From: an uncultured virus (IMG/VR IMGVR_UViG_3300013014_000028)
Taxonomy: Duplodnaviria; Heunggongvirae; Uroviricota; Caudoviricetes
IMG/VR virus record: IMGVR_UViG_3300013014_000028
Strand: one strand, 5' to 3'
DNA: 64,000 bases
The notes under the pieces are model-generated. The model had not been told where the DNA came from, did no database searches, and saw nothing but the letters and a program-made list of their open reading frames with translations. Below are positions 20,753 through 30,728 of the stretch, piece after piece. Both the position numbers and the translations under genes were made by a program. How positions within the stretch are numbered: the first letter of the stretch is position 1; each line of letters starts with the position of its first letter.

Positions 20753-21874
20753 TTATATTACATAAATTTGTCTTGGGAAAGCATGAAATTTAAGTTGTTT
20801 ATTAAGATTTTCGGCTATTAGTGCTTCTTTCTCCATTTGTTTCTCTGGTCTTAGTCTTTCTAATCTTAACTTGAGTTCTTCTTCTAATTTAGACTTTTCA
20901 TCTTTGGCTTCAGTTAAAAGACTTGTATAATCCATCTGAATTTCTGAATCGGGTGTTTTTAAATTACCTGAATATTTTCCTCTAACTCTGGCTAGTGTTT
21001 CTTTAACATATGCGGTAAACCATCTTCTAACCCATTGTTTTGCGGGTTCATTTAAGTCATCCCACAATAATTCTCCAATAGGAACATCTGTAGGTAATTT
21101 AATTATATCGGGATTTTGTTTTAAACAATCATTTCTATCTTTACCTGTGGTATCATAATACCAATACCAAACATTTGTACCAATATAATTACTATATGAT
21201 GACCAATTGAATTTTCCACCAGGAGTATTCATTAAATGAATTAATTTTTTTCCGTCAGGTAGTCCAGTTATTCTATATGTTAAGTTACCACCTAAAATTC
21301 TATTTAGGATATTACCTTCTTGAGCTCTTATTAAATAATCAAATCCTGACATCATAAAGTACGACCCTTGATACCCAAATTGTGCATATCCAGATTGAGT
21401 TCCACCTAAACCAGCACCATCATATCCAAATCCAAGCCCAACCCCACCAAATCCAAACATTCCCATAGATTGATTACTATACCACAATAACTCATTAACC
21501 TCTCTACCCGCAGGAATTTCATATGTTTGTGTGTTTGCACTTAATGTAAAATAATCTTTTTTCAATGCCCACGGACCAACTGTTTGTAATCCAACAATTT
21601 TAGAATATGAATATTGGAATTGTTGCTCAAAATTCATTGTTCTTGTAATCAATGCGTTTGCTACAGATTGATTTTTCATATCTAAATTGACAAGGTTAAC
21701 CCATTGAGATTCAATTAACCAATCAAGAATGTATTGTTCGTAATCACCAATTGATAATTCCAATAAGGAATCCATCATTTCATCTTCAACCTCAACACTT
21801 CTGATTGGGGCACCCAATAAATGTTTAATTCTTGTATAAATTTTACTTCTTTCTGGTTCTGCTATTACTGACAT
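20753..21874 (-). CDS. Neck/head-tail adaptor protein (T4 gp13-like)
   Basis: IKHLLGAPIRSVEV N-terminus; WVRRWFTAYVKETLARVRGKY...EAKDEKSKLEEEL C-terminus. Confidence 0.7.
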   Translation of the reverse strand: MSVIAEPERSKIYTRIKHLLGAPIRSVEVEDEMMDSLLELSIGDYEQYILDWLIESQWVNLVNLDMKNQSVANALITRTMNFEQQFQYSYSKIVGLQTVGPWALKKDYFTLSANTQTYEIPAGREVNELLWYSNQSMGMFGFGGVGLGFGYDGAGLGGTQSGYAQFGYQGSYFMMSGFDYLIRAQEGNILNRILGGNLTYRITGLPDGKKLIHLMNTPGGKFNWSSYSNYIGTNVWYWYYDTTGKDRNDCLKQNPDIIKLPTDVPIGELLWDDLNEPAKQWVRRWFTAYVKETLARVRGKYSGNLKTPDSEIQMDYTSLLTEAKDEKSKLEEELKLRLERLRPEKQMEKEALIAENLNKQLKFHAFPRQIYVI

Positions 21875-21902
21875 AACTATAAATATATCAAAAAATAAAA
21901 CT

Positions 21903-22466
21903 TTATTTGTTTGATTTTTTAAGATTATCTATCGCCCATAAAGGTTGTAGGTTAGTGTAGTGACACAATTTATATAATTCTTCTTCTGTTTTTGCGGATG
22001 ATAATGGAATTATGTGGTCTATGTGCCATTTTCCATAATTTTCCCACGTCATTCCATCAATAAATTTTTTTTCTAAAGACAATTTTAATTCTTGGGGAGA
22101 ACAACCAATATGATGTATTGTTGTATTTCTTTTCGTAAAATAAGTAAAACTTATAAATCTATTTAATCTTCTTCTAATATTTTTAATTAATTTGAATGTT
22201 GGGTCAATTTTTTTTCTATCTGTGGTGTATGAAGGATTATTCTTTCTCCATAATCTATTTCGTTCTAAACTTTTTTTATGGTTTTTTTCTTTGTTATCGT
22301 AATAATACTTTCTATTTTTTTCTTTAATTATTACAGAGTTAGATTGATAAATTAGTTTACGACACAGTTTACAATGGACGTAATATCCGTCATTTCTATT
22401 TTTATCCTTGTGGAAATCATCTAATTTTTTTTCTAAACTACATTTACTACAAATCTTTGTTTCCAT
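21903..22466 (-). CDS. Free-standing HNH endonuclease with N-terminal Zn finger
   Basis: KICSKC...HCKLC; WHIDHIIPLS...CHYTNLQPLWAIDNLKK. Confidence 0.85.
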   Translation of the reverse strand: METKICSKCSLEKKLDDFHKDKNRNDGYYVHCKLCRKLIYQSNSVIIKEKNRKYYYDNKEKNHKKSLERNRLWRKNNPSYTTDRKKIDPTFKLIKNIRRRLNRFISFTYFTKRNTTIHHIGCSPQELKLSLEKKFIDGMTWENYGKWHIDHIIPLSSAKTEEELYKLCHYTNLQPLWAIDNLKKSNK

Positions 22467-22608
22467 TTTTTCTATAATCTTTTAGTAATTTATTAACAAG
22501 AGAAGATAAATTAATATGAAGACCTCTGTAGTATGTTAATAATTCGGGGTCTAATGCTACCGATACTTTAGTTTTTTTTTCTTCTTTTGTTTTTAATTTT
22601 CTTCCCAT
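22447..22608 (-). CDS. Small ribbon-helix-helix-like DNA-binding protein; start revised to 22608
   Basis: MGRKLKTKEEKKTKVSVALDPELLTYYRGLHINLSSLVNKLL (strand-helix-helix pattern); TATTTATA lies 3 nt upstream. Confidence 0.6.
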   Translation of the reverse strand: MGRKLKTKEEKKTKVSVALDPELLTYYRGLHINLSSLVNKLLKDYRKNGNKDL

Positions 22609-22611
22609 AAT

Positions 22612-22644
22612 TATAAATATAATAAAAGTGTGATTATTCACAAA
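22612..22644 (-). promoter_or_regulatory. Promoter with an internal palindromic operator
   Basis: Minus strand TTTG-N19-TATATTTA; TGTGA-TTAT-TCACA inverted repeat at 22629-22642. Confidence 0.55.
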
Positions 22645-22645
22645 A

Positions 22646-24400
22646 TTATTTTCTTAAATTATTAATTTTTTTCATAATCTCTTCTGCCGCGTCTGCAGTG
22701 TTTTGATTATCTCCCATTACAGTTGAAATTACTTTTTTCTTGTTATTGACAATATCGTAAATTATATTTTCAATTGTGTTTTGATATATTGGGTAATAAA
22801 CTAAAACATTGTTTTTTTGGCCAATACGATATGCTCTATCTTCTGCTTGAGCCATATCCGAAGGTAAAAATGACAAATCATTCATAATAACAGCCTCACC
22901 AGCGGTTAGAGTAATTCCAACACCAGCGGCTTTTATGTTTCCAACAAACACTTTTATCTTTTCATTTTCTTGAAACTGGTCAACACTATTCTGTCTTTCT
23001 GGTTTAGACATTGACCCATCAATCTTAACAGCACTTTTACCAAAATGAGAGACTATTTTATTCAAAGAATCTGTAAAATTACAAAATATAATAACTTTTT
23101 TATTTTGTTCTATAATATTTTCTGCAATTTCAATTGTTTGGGATATTTTTTCATCAGCAATAATTTGACGAACTTTTGTAAGTTTTGAGAATTGAACTGT
23201 TAAAGATTTTGATTCGTCAGGATTTTTATCATACCAATCATAATACTCCCCCATTATCTCTTCATAATTTTTTGATTTAAGTGTTAAAAAAATAGGTGTT
23301 ATAATTTTTTCAGGTAAATCAAGAACATTTTCTTTTAATCTTCTAAGTATTGTATTTTGTGTTCTATCTCGTAATTCTTCCAAATTACTCGCCCCCATTA
23401 CATTCCAAACTTTTCTTGAACCGGCTTTAAATTGAAAACCATTACAATACCTTATAACATAAGCTATCCAATTTTTACTAACCGGTGAATCAACCAAACT
23501 TAAAAGATTGTAATAGTCAATTGGTCTTGATGTCATTGGTGTTCCTGTTAATAACCATAACCTATCAATATCTTTAACAAAGTCATTAATTAATTTTGTT
23601 CTTTGTGCTTGAGCATTTTTTATATAGTGAGCTTCATCCACAATAACTAAATCAAAATTAGCTTTTTGAATTTCTGTTTTTGTTTTTGATTTTGGGTCGT
23701 GGAAGTTTTTGATGATGTCATAGTTAATGATTACAAAATCATGCTCAGTACTAAAATTTTTACCCTCCGCAATATAAATCGGTCTGTCTGTATAATTTTC
23801 AATCTCTCGTTTCCAGTTAAGTTTCAAGGTTGCAGGACAAACGATTAATATTTTTTTAGACTTTGTTTCCAAAGCGGCAATAATTGTACTCGTGGTCTTG
23901 CCCAAACCCATATCATCAGCTAAAATATATTTTTTATTTTCAACTAACTTTTGAATGGATTCTTTTTGATGTTCCATCGGAGGTCTGTTAGAATATTTTG
24001 AATAATCAATAACCACATCCTTAACTGTATTATCTTTAATCAAAGATGCTTTAGGAACCCAAAATTCCTGTAATTCATTCTCTTCAAAGAATTTTCCCCA
24101 AATATGATAAGCCTTTTCTTTTTCTGCCAATAGTTTTTCAACCCAAATCTTTTCAGGAACTATGGTTAATAACTTATCGTTTGCAAATTTTTGTGCAAAA
24201 TATGCATCAAGTACTACCCACTTTTTTGCAACCTTTGGAGATTTATCGTGGTTGTTTATAACATATTCAGATTGACTTCTTGTCGGATAAAATTTTTTAT
24301 TCAACAAGCATCTCTTTCTTAACTCCAATATGAAGTTGTTTGAACCTTCATAAGATTCAAGAATTTCAATAGCTTTAGATTCTAAACTTCCTTGTGTCAT
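22646..24400 (-). CDS. SNF2-family (SMARCAL1/HARP-like) helicase/translocase
   Basis: LADDMGLGKT, DEAH, LLTGTP, AAGVGITLT, QAEDRAYRIGQ. Confidence 0.9.
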   Translation of the reverse strand: MTQGSLESKAIEILESYEGSNNFILELRKRCLLNKKFYPTRSQSEYVINNHDKSPKVAKKWVVLDAYFAQKFANDKLLTIVPEKIWVEKLLAEKEKAYHIWGKFFEENELQEFWVPKASLIKDNTVKDVVIDYSKYSNRPPMEHQKESIQKLVENKKYILADDMGLGKTTSTIIAALETKSKKILIVCPATLKLNWKREIENYTDRPIYIAEGKNFSTEHDFVIINYDIIKNFHDPKSKTKTEIQKANFDLVIVDEAHYIKNAQAQRTKLINDFVKDIDRLWLLTGTPMTSRPIDYYNLLSLVDSPVSKNWIAYVIRYCNGFQFKAGSRKVWNVMGASNLEELRDRTQNTILRRLKENVLDLPEKIITPIFLTLKSKNYEEIMGEYYDWYDKNPDESKSLTVQFSKLTKVRQIIADEKISQTIEIAENIIEQNKKVIIFCNFTDSLNKIVSHFGKSAVKIDGSMSKPERQNSVDQFQENEKIKVFVGNIKAAGVGITLTAGEAVIMNDLSFLPSDMAQAEDRAYRIGQKNNVLVYYPIYQNTIENIIYDIVNNKKKVISTVMGDNQNTADAAEEIMKKINNLRK

Positions 24401-24795
24401 TCTTTAATTTCAGTATGTGTCCTTCCATCCGCCCAATAGGTGTCACCACCATAATAGACCAATATCTCTTCACTATAGTTTATTTGTTTTGAACAAACAA
24501 ATTCAAAAGTTTCTTTTTCAAGATTTGACCTCCAATATGCGTTCGGATTATTTGAATGATTATATAAACTACCATATCCCCAAGCCAAAACTTGTTTTTC
24601 CCAAATATCTCCTTGAGGCCAATTAAATCTATAATCAATAAATAAAGGACTTACAGTACCAAGTGGTATATTCAAATCATGTATTGGACATTCTTCAATA
24701 ACTTCACCTTCAAATATGGTTTCACTTGCAAAGACTCCATATCCATGAATTGGACTTTTTGTTATGTAAATTTTTTTTGGTGGAAATATTTTCAT
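24397..24795 (-). CDS. SET-domain lysine methyltransferase; start revised to 24795 (MKIFPPKK)
   Basis: KSPIHGYGVFA, YNHSNNPNA, EEILVYYG. Confidence 0.85.
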   Translation of the reverse strand: MKIFPPKKIYITKSPIHGYGVFASETIFEGEVIEECPIHDLNIPLGTVSPLFIDYRFNWPQGDIWEKQVLAWGYGSLYNHSNNPNAYWRSNLEKETFEFVCSKQINYSEEILVYYGGDTYWADGRTHTEIKE

Positions 24796-24839
24796 AAAAT
24801 TTAAATAAAATATATAAAAAATTGTTGTATTTATCAATA

Positions 24840-25352
24840 ATGGAAAAATTAATACCAATAACAAGGTTAGGTAAATTTTTTGGTGGTGAAGATTATTCTT
24901 TAGACATTAATATGGGTCAAGAATGGCTTGAGGGTGATATGAATTTTACTGTTATTTTATACAGGATTGATAGGTATAAGACTAAGTCGGATGATGTTTA
25001 TGGAGAGGCTTTACAAGATGGAATTCAATTTTTGACACCAATTGAACTTAAAGGTTATGTTCAAATAATGGCTCCAACAAATCAAAAAATTGGTCAAAGT
25101 AAAGTTGAGTTGGAAGAGCCTGGAAATATGAAATTTTCTATCTATCAAAATTATCTTGATAACTTACAAGTTGATATTGCATTTGGTGATTATTTAGGAT
25201 ATTACGAAACTGAAAAAAGAGTTAGGTATTATAGTGTCGCTGATGATGGAAGGGTAGTTTCAGATAATAAACATACTTACGGAGGTTACAAACCGTTCTA
25301 TAGAACTATTATTGGAACTCCTGTAAATGAAAATGAATTTAGAGGGTTATGA
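24840..25352 (+). CDS. Putative head-completion/neck protein (gp14-like); start revised to 24840
   Basis: VILYRID...DDVYGE pattern; context between neck and tail terminator; TATTTATC lies 4 nt upstream. Confidence 0.55.
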   Translation: MEKLIPITRLGKFFGGEDYSLDINMGQEWLEGDMNFTVILYRIDRYKTKSDDVYGEALQDGIQFLTPIELKGYVQIMAPTNQKIGQSKVELEEPGNMKFSIYQNYLDNLQVDIAFGDYLGYYETEKRVRYYSVADDGRVVSDNKHTYGGYKPFYRTIIGTPVNENEFRGL

Positions 25353-25768
25353 TTATTTTAATATCAGAAACGCAAAAAGATGTTTTGAAAGAAAATATAA
25401 TAGGTCAAAAAGTTATGGTCTATTACAATCTACATAAACATACTTTTTCAGTTCAAAAAAGTGGTATAGTTGTTTTACATGCGGATTTTGTAAAACTATC
25501 TGACGTTGAGTTTAGAGTTAGAAAGGGTGGTTTAAATAAAGTTAGAAAAGAAAAAGTTAAAAATGTTCACGCCTTTGTTATAGGTATATTGGAAGATTTT
25601 TGTGAGTTTCCGTGTTCTGACATTCCACAAGATTCTGAGGGAGAAGTAATATCGTATAGTCCATATGTTAATGATAGTTTTGTTATTAAATCAACCCAAG
25701 AACCAATATTTTATGGGAACGAAGTAAATATGGTTAATGGTATTAATAAAATTTATTTATTAAAATAA
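25349..25768 (+). CDS. Hypothetical phage protein
   Basis: VYYNLHKHTFSV...KNVHAFVIG; N-terminal ISETQ..LKE leader. Confidence 0.7.
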   Translation: MIILISETQKDVLKENIIGQKVMVYYNLHKHTFSVQKSGIVVLHADFVKLSDVEFRVRKGGLNKVRKEKVKNVHAFVIGILEDFCEFPCSDIPQDSEGEVISYSPYVNDSFVIKSTQEPIFYGNEVNMVNGINKIYLLK

Positions 25769-25769
25769 C

Positions 25770-26813
25770 ATGGGATTTCCAAAACAAATAAAAAAAACAT
25801 TACCTTTACAGTATAAAAAAACTCTTCTTCCCCGTAGAGAACAACTTAAAGATTATATTAATAAGGATGGAACTTATTTGCCAAAATCAGTATTACATTC
25901 TGATTTGGACAGGGGTATGTTAGATTTTGTAAAAGATAGTTTAAATTTGGTTGTGTCAGGTAAATTAGTTCCAATGTTGGACATAATATTAACAACCCAA
26001 AACTGGTCACAATTTACAGAAACTTGGGAATTTGTTGACCAAGATTTTAACGTAAAACCTCCATTCATTACGGTAGTAAGACAACCAGAAGTTAAGTATG
26101 GCACAAACCCATCACTTCAATGGACAATACCGAATAGAAAAGAATTTTATTATGCAACAGTTCCAACATGGAACGGAAACCAAGAAGGAATGGATGTATA
26201 TAAGATACCTCAACCAGTTCCTGTTGATATTGTTTATAACGTGAGAATAGTTTGTAATAGAATGAGAGAACTTAATGAATTCAACAAAATAGTATTACAA
26301 AAATTTTCTTCAAGACAAGCATATACTTTCGTTAAGGGTCAATATATACCAATTATTATGAATGGTATTCAGGATGAAAGTATTATGGATTTGGATAAAA
26401 GAAAATATTATAGTCAAAATTACGAATTTCAAATGTTAGGATATCTTATTGATGAGGAAGAATTTGAAGTATCTCCAGCGATAAATAGAGTTTTAACTAT
26501 GATGGAAGTTTCTCCAAATTCTCCAAAAGGAAAGAAAAATGAGTTAAACCCTAAAAATCCTGATGTTTTTGATTTAGACTTTTTATTTGTAACAGGTAAT
26601 ACCATATTAAGTGAATTGATGGATTACCCTATTGATATGGAAGTTTCCCAAGTAAATAATGTTACTTCTTGGAATGTTTACATTAACAACCAATATTTTG
26701 GAAATAATGTTAATAGAATATTAATTAACACTAACGATATATTAAGAATTGAAATTACTAAAACTAATAATTCATTAGAATCAAAAATAATTTTTAGCAA
26801 CAAATTAGTTTAA
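25770..26813 (+). CDS. Putative tail terminator/sheath stabilizer (gp15-like)
   Basis: PFITVVR, PQPVPVDIVYNV..V motifs; position upstream of the sheath gene. Confidence 0.6.
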   Translation: MGFPKQIKKTLPLQYKKTLLPRREQLKDYINKDGTYLPKSVLHSDLDRGMLDFVKDSLNLVVSGKLVPMLDIILTTQNWSQFTETWEFVDQDFNVKPPFITVVRQPEVKYGTNPSLQWTIPNRKEFYYATVPTWNGNQEGMDVYKIPQPVPVDIVYNVRIVCNRMRELNEFNKIVLQKFSSRQAYTFVKGQYIPIIMNGIQDESIMDLDKRKYYSQNYEFQMLGYLIDEEEFEVSPAINRVLTMMEVSPNSPKGKKNELNPKNPDVFDLDFLFVTGNTILSELMDYPIDMEVSQVNNVTSWNVYINNQYFGNNVNRILINTNDILRIEITKTNNSLESKIIFSNKLV

Positions 26814-26977
26814 TACTCTCCGTAAATATCTTTTTTATCTTTACACTTTTCAATAATTAATTGTTCCAAAAACTTGTAAATTTTAATTCCTTTTTTATCA
26901 CAATAATTTTTTAGTACTTTATGTACGTCTTCTGAGATTTTTATGTTCTTTATATTGTTATCAGTTAATTTAGACAT
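26810..26977 (-). CDS. Unannotated 55-aa ribbon-helix-helix-like protein
   Basis: Manual translation MSKLTDNNIKNIKISEDVHKVLKNYCDKKGIKIYKFLEQLIIEKCKDKKDIYGEY*; fills the gap between the gp15-like and sheath genes. Confidence 0.7.
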   Translation of the reverse strand: MSKLTDNNIKNIKISEDVHKVLKNYCDKKGIKIYKFLEQLIIEKCKDKKDIYGEY

Positions 26978-27095
26978 GAAAGATAAAAAAAGTAGAATTT
27001 ATTCATACTAAATACAAATAGATTAATAAAAGTAAAGTTTTTTCATTTTATTTAGAATATTTATTAGAAATAAATAAACAAGAAACTAAAAAATA

Positions 27096-30000
27096 ATGGC
27101 AACAGTACAGACTAATCAAAAAGTATTTGTTTCTCCGGGTGTCTATACCTCAGAAACAGATTTATCTTTTGTGGCGCAAAGTGTAGGTGTAACTACACTT
27201 GGTTTAGTTGGCGAGACTTTAAAAGGTCCGGCATTTGAACCTATTTTTATTACTAATTACAATGAGTTCCAATCATTCTTCGGAGGTTCTGAACCTACAA
27301 AATTTGTTAATACACAAATTCCAAAATATGAAGCAGCATATATTGCAAAATCATATTTACAACAATCTAATCAACTTTTTGTAACAAGAGTATTGGGTTT
27401 GTCAGGATATGATGCGGGTCCATCATGGACTATAACAACCACTGCAAATGTAGATGGTTCAACAGTAGGATTAAGTTCCGCAGTTGGAACTACTTGGACA
27501 GTTGGATTTACAGGAAGTTCTTCTGCAAACACGGTTTCTTTTGGAACGTTCCCTTACCCAATTCTACAAAATTTATCAAAACAATATACATTATCAGATG
27601 GTAGTGTATCTACACTTAGTAGTGATTTTACTGCTTATGTTAATGATTTTATGGACACTCCATCAACTTCTGCAACAACGGCAATTGTTTATGGTTCAAT
27701 ACCAAGTTCGGCGTACACTTCACTTAGTAGTATTCGTACTATATTAGTGAATGCTTTAAGTGTTGACTCATTAAACTTAAGTTCAAATGATTTAACTTCA
27801 TCAGATAATAGTTCTTGGTTTTATTCTAATTTTACAAATTATTCAGGAAATAGTTATTCAGGATATTCTTTTAGTTATGTAGTTTCAAATATGGCTTCAG
27901 GTGCAAGTTCTACTTATACAGGAACTTTGTCAGGTAATGTGTATTCATATTCAGGAACTGCTTTTTCACAATATAATAATCTTGTAATTGCAACTTTACG
28001 TTCAAGAGGTATTTCAAATTACAATTCAACAAATCATGGACCTGTCTATCAAGTATCAGGATTAACTGATTTAAATTTGGTTTGTACTGGTTCTTATTCT
28101 GGTATTAGTTTAAGTCCGTACGCAACTTTCTTATTGTCGGGTGTTACTAAAGATTCAAAAACTTTCTCGTTTGAGACTTCTTTCGCAAGTACAAGTTCTA
28201 AATTTATAACTAAAGTTTTAGGCGTTGATAACTTTGGAAAATCCAGACTTGAAGTTCCGATTTTTGTTGAGGAGGTATACCCTACGGAATTAGATTATCT
28301 TTATAATAAAGGTTACATTCGTGGATTAAATTGTAATATGGTTGAACTTGCAGACGCAAGAAGTTTAAGTGGTAATTCTATTGCATGGAACTTGGAAAAG
28401 TATCAAACACCATTAACACCATTTTTAGTTTCTGAATTAAGAGGTAATAAAGTTTACAAACTGTTTAGATTTATATCTATATCAGATGGAGACTCGGCTA
28501 ATACTGAAGTTAAAGTTTCAATTGCTAACATATCATTCGGTAATAGTACTTTTGATGTACTTGTTAGAAGTTTTTTTGATACTGACCAAAATCCTGTAGT
28601 TATTGAAAAATTCACGAGTTGTAATATGGACCCAGCGTCAAATAATTTTGTTGCAAAAAAAATAGGTTCTTATGACGGTGAATATCCTTTGAATTCAAAA
28701 TATATTATGGTTGATTTGTCAGAGGAAGCCCCAATAGATGCTCTTCCTTGTGGATTCTACGGATATGACCAAAGAGTTTATGAAAATCTTACTAATAAAT
28801 CACCAATACCAATTTATAAAGTTAAATACGACTACCCTGGCGAACCAATATATACACCTCCATTTGGAGTAGGTGTTGATTCTGGTGGTGATAATGTTAG
28901 GAGAACTTATTTAGGATTCTCAACAAAAATTCCTGTAGATATTTCTTTGTTACAATATAAAGGTAAAAGAAACCCTGTAACCGATTTTAACACTGCGGAA
29001 ATAAGTACTCCTTGGAATTATTTAACTCAAGGTTTCCATATGGACTCAGGAGCAACTGTTGTTACAATTGGAAGTGAATATGTTACTAGTGGTCAAGTCG
29101 CTTTTGATTGTGGTGTTGCAGAATTCAGAAATGACCCTGAAAGTCAAGAAAACCCATACTACTTCATCTATTCAAGAAAGTATACAGTGTGTTTTGCCGG
29201 TGGATTTGACGGATGGGACATTTATAGAGAATATAGAACAAATGAAGATAGATTCAGACTTGGGTCTTCAGGATATTTAGCTGGAGCTGCTCCATCCGCA
29301 AGATACCCAACCGCAACAGGTCAAGGTATGTTCAAGAGAATTGTCGTTGAAAACAACACTCAAGATTTTGCAAACAGTGATTACTACGCTTATTTACTTG
29401 GTATTTTAACATTTGCAAATCCTGAATCAACAAATATTAATGTATTCGCAACTACAAGTATTGATTACGTTAATAATCCCGCTTTGGTTGCAGAAGCAAT
29501 TAATATGATTCAGTTCTCAAGAGCTGACTCGGTATATATTGCAACAACACCTGACTATCCAATGTATTCTCCAGACGGTACTGACCCTCAACAAATTATT
29601 TATCCACAAAATGCGGTTGATAATTTGGACAACACTGGACTTGATTCTAACTATACTGCAACTTACTACCCTTGGATACTTACAAGAGATACTGTTACCA
29701 ATACACAAATTTATTTACCACCAACAGGTGAAGTTTGTAGAAACTTGGCATTAACAGATAACATTGCGTTTCCTTGGTTTGCATCAGCGGGTTACACAAG
29801 AGGTCTTGTAAACTCTGTAAAGGCTAGATTGAAACTAACTCAAGAAGATAGAGATACTTTGTATCAAGGTAGAATCAATCCAATCGCAACTTTTTCTGAT
29901 GTAGGAACTGTAATTTGGGGTAATAAAACATTACAAGTTGCGGATACAGCACTTAACAGATTAAATGTTAGAAGATTGTTACTTCAAGCTCGTAAGTTAA

Positions 30001-30266
30001 TTTCAGCAGTAGCGGTTAGATTATTGTTTGAACAAAACGACCAAATTGTTAGACAACAATTCCTTGATAGTGTCAATCCAATCCTTGATTCAATAAGAAG
30101 AGATAGAGGTCTTTACGATTTCCGTGTGACTGTATCTTCTTCACCTGAAGATTTGGATAGAAATACACTTACAGGTAAAATTTACCTTAAACCAACGAAG
30201 GCGTTAGAATTCATAGATATTGAGTTCTTCATTACACCAACAGGTGCTTCGTTTGAAAATATCTAA
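27096..30266 (+). CDS. Contractile tail sheath protein
   Basis: VSPGVYTSETDLS, GETLKGPAFEP, PWFASAGYTRG, RDTLYQGRINPI, WGNKT, LNVRRLL, IYLKPTKALEFIDIEF. Confidence 0.95.
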   Translation: MATVQTNQKVFVSPGVYTSETDLSFVAQSVGVTTLGLVGETLKGPAFEPIFITNYNEFQSFFGGSEPTKFVNTQIPKYEAAYIAKSYLQQSNQLFVTRVLGLSGYDAGPSWTITTTANVDGSTVGLSSAVGTTWTVGFTGSSSANTVSFGTFPYPILQNLSKQYTLSDGSVSTLSSDFTAYVNDFMDTPSTSATTAIVYGSIPSSAYTSLSSIRTILVNALSVDSLNLSSNDLTSSDNSSWFYSNFTNYSGNSYSGYSFSYVVSNMASGASSTYTGTLSGNVYSYSGTAFSQYNNLVIATLRSRGISNYNSTNHGPVYQVSGLTDLNLVCTGSYSGISLSPYATFLLSGVTKDSKTFSFETSFASTSSKFITKVLGVDNFGKSRLEVPIFVEEVYPTELDYLYNKGYIRGLNCNMVELADARSLSGNSIAWNLEKYQTPLTPFLVSELRGNKVYKLFRFISISDGDSANTEVKVSIANISFGNSTFDVLVRSFFDTDQNPVVIEKFTSCNMDPASNNFVAKKIGSYDGEYPLNSKYIMVDLSEEAPIDALPCGFYGYDQRVYENLTNKSPIPIYKVKYDYPGEPIYTPPFGVGVDSGGDNVRRTYLGFSTKIPVDISLLQYKGKRNPVTDFNTAEISTPWNYLTQGFHMDSGATVVTIGSEYVTSGQVAFDCGVAEFRNDPESQENPYYFIYSRKYTVCFAGGFDGWDIYREYRTNEDRFRLGSSGYLAGAAPSARYPTATGQGMFKRIVVENNTQDFANSDYYAYLLGILTFANPESTNINVFATTSIDYVNNPALVAEAINMIQFSRADSVYIATTPDYPMYSPDGTDPQQIIYPQNAVDNLDNTGLDSNYTATYYPWILTRDTVTNTQIYLPPTGEVCRNLALTDNIAFPWFASAGYTRGLVNSVKARLKLTQEDRDTLYQGRINPIATFSDVGTVIWGNKTLQVADTALNRLNVRRLLLQARKLISAVAVRLLFEQNDQIVRQQFLDSVNPILDSIRRDRGLYDFRVTVSSSPEDLDRNTLTGKIYLKPTKALEFIDIEFFITPTGASFENI

Positions 30267-30285
30267 TAACAATTTAGATTATATT

Positions 30286-30315
30286 AAAACCCCTCCTTAG
30301 TGAGGGGTTTTTTTA
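30286..30315 (+). terminator. Intrinsic terminator after the sheath gene
   Basis: AAAACCCCTC-CTTAGT-GAGGGGTTTT plus a T-run. Confidence 0.85.
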
Positions 30316-30336
30316 TTTATAAATGTATTTATAACT

Positions 30337-30705
30337 ATGAAATACATCATAACAGAATCTAGACTTCATACTGCAATGATAAGATTATTTGGTCAATACA
30401 TTAATATTGATGAAGTAAAAACTCATAATCCAATTGAGGAGACTCCGGATGGAGAAGAATATGAAGACACTAATAAAACACTTTTTTATGTTGGTGATTA
30501 TTATGGAGAAGGTGAACTTTTCAGATATTATGAATGTGATTATTTTAATGAAAACGCATATGAGGTATTACAAAAATGTCCTTTACTTACATTAGATAGT
30601 AGTATATCGGATACTTTTAATAGTTTGTTTGATGATTTATGGATTGAACCATTTATACAGTGGATTAACAATGAATTTGATTTAAACGCCAAAGTTGTAG
30701 AATAA
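30337..30705 (+). CDS. Hypothetical acidic protein
   Basis: 122 aa with an MKYIITESRL leader; TATTTATA lies 3 nt upstream. Confidence 0.7.
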   Translation: MKYIITESRLHTAMIRLFGQYINIDEVKTHNPIEETPDGEEYEDTNKTLFYVGDYYGEGELFRYYECDYFNENAYEVLQKCPLLTLDSSISDTFNSLFDDLWIEPFIQWINNEFDLNAKVVE

Positions 30706-30728
30706 CTAATTACAAATATTTATATGGT

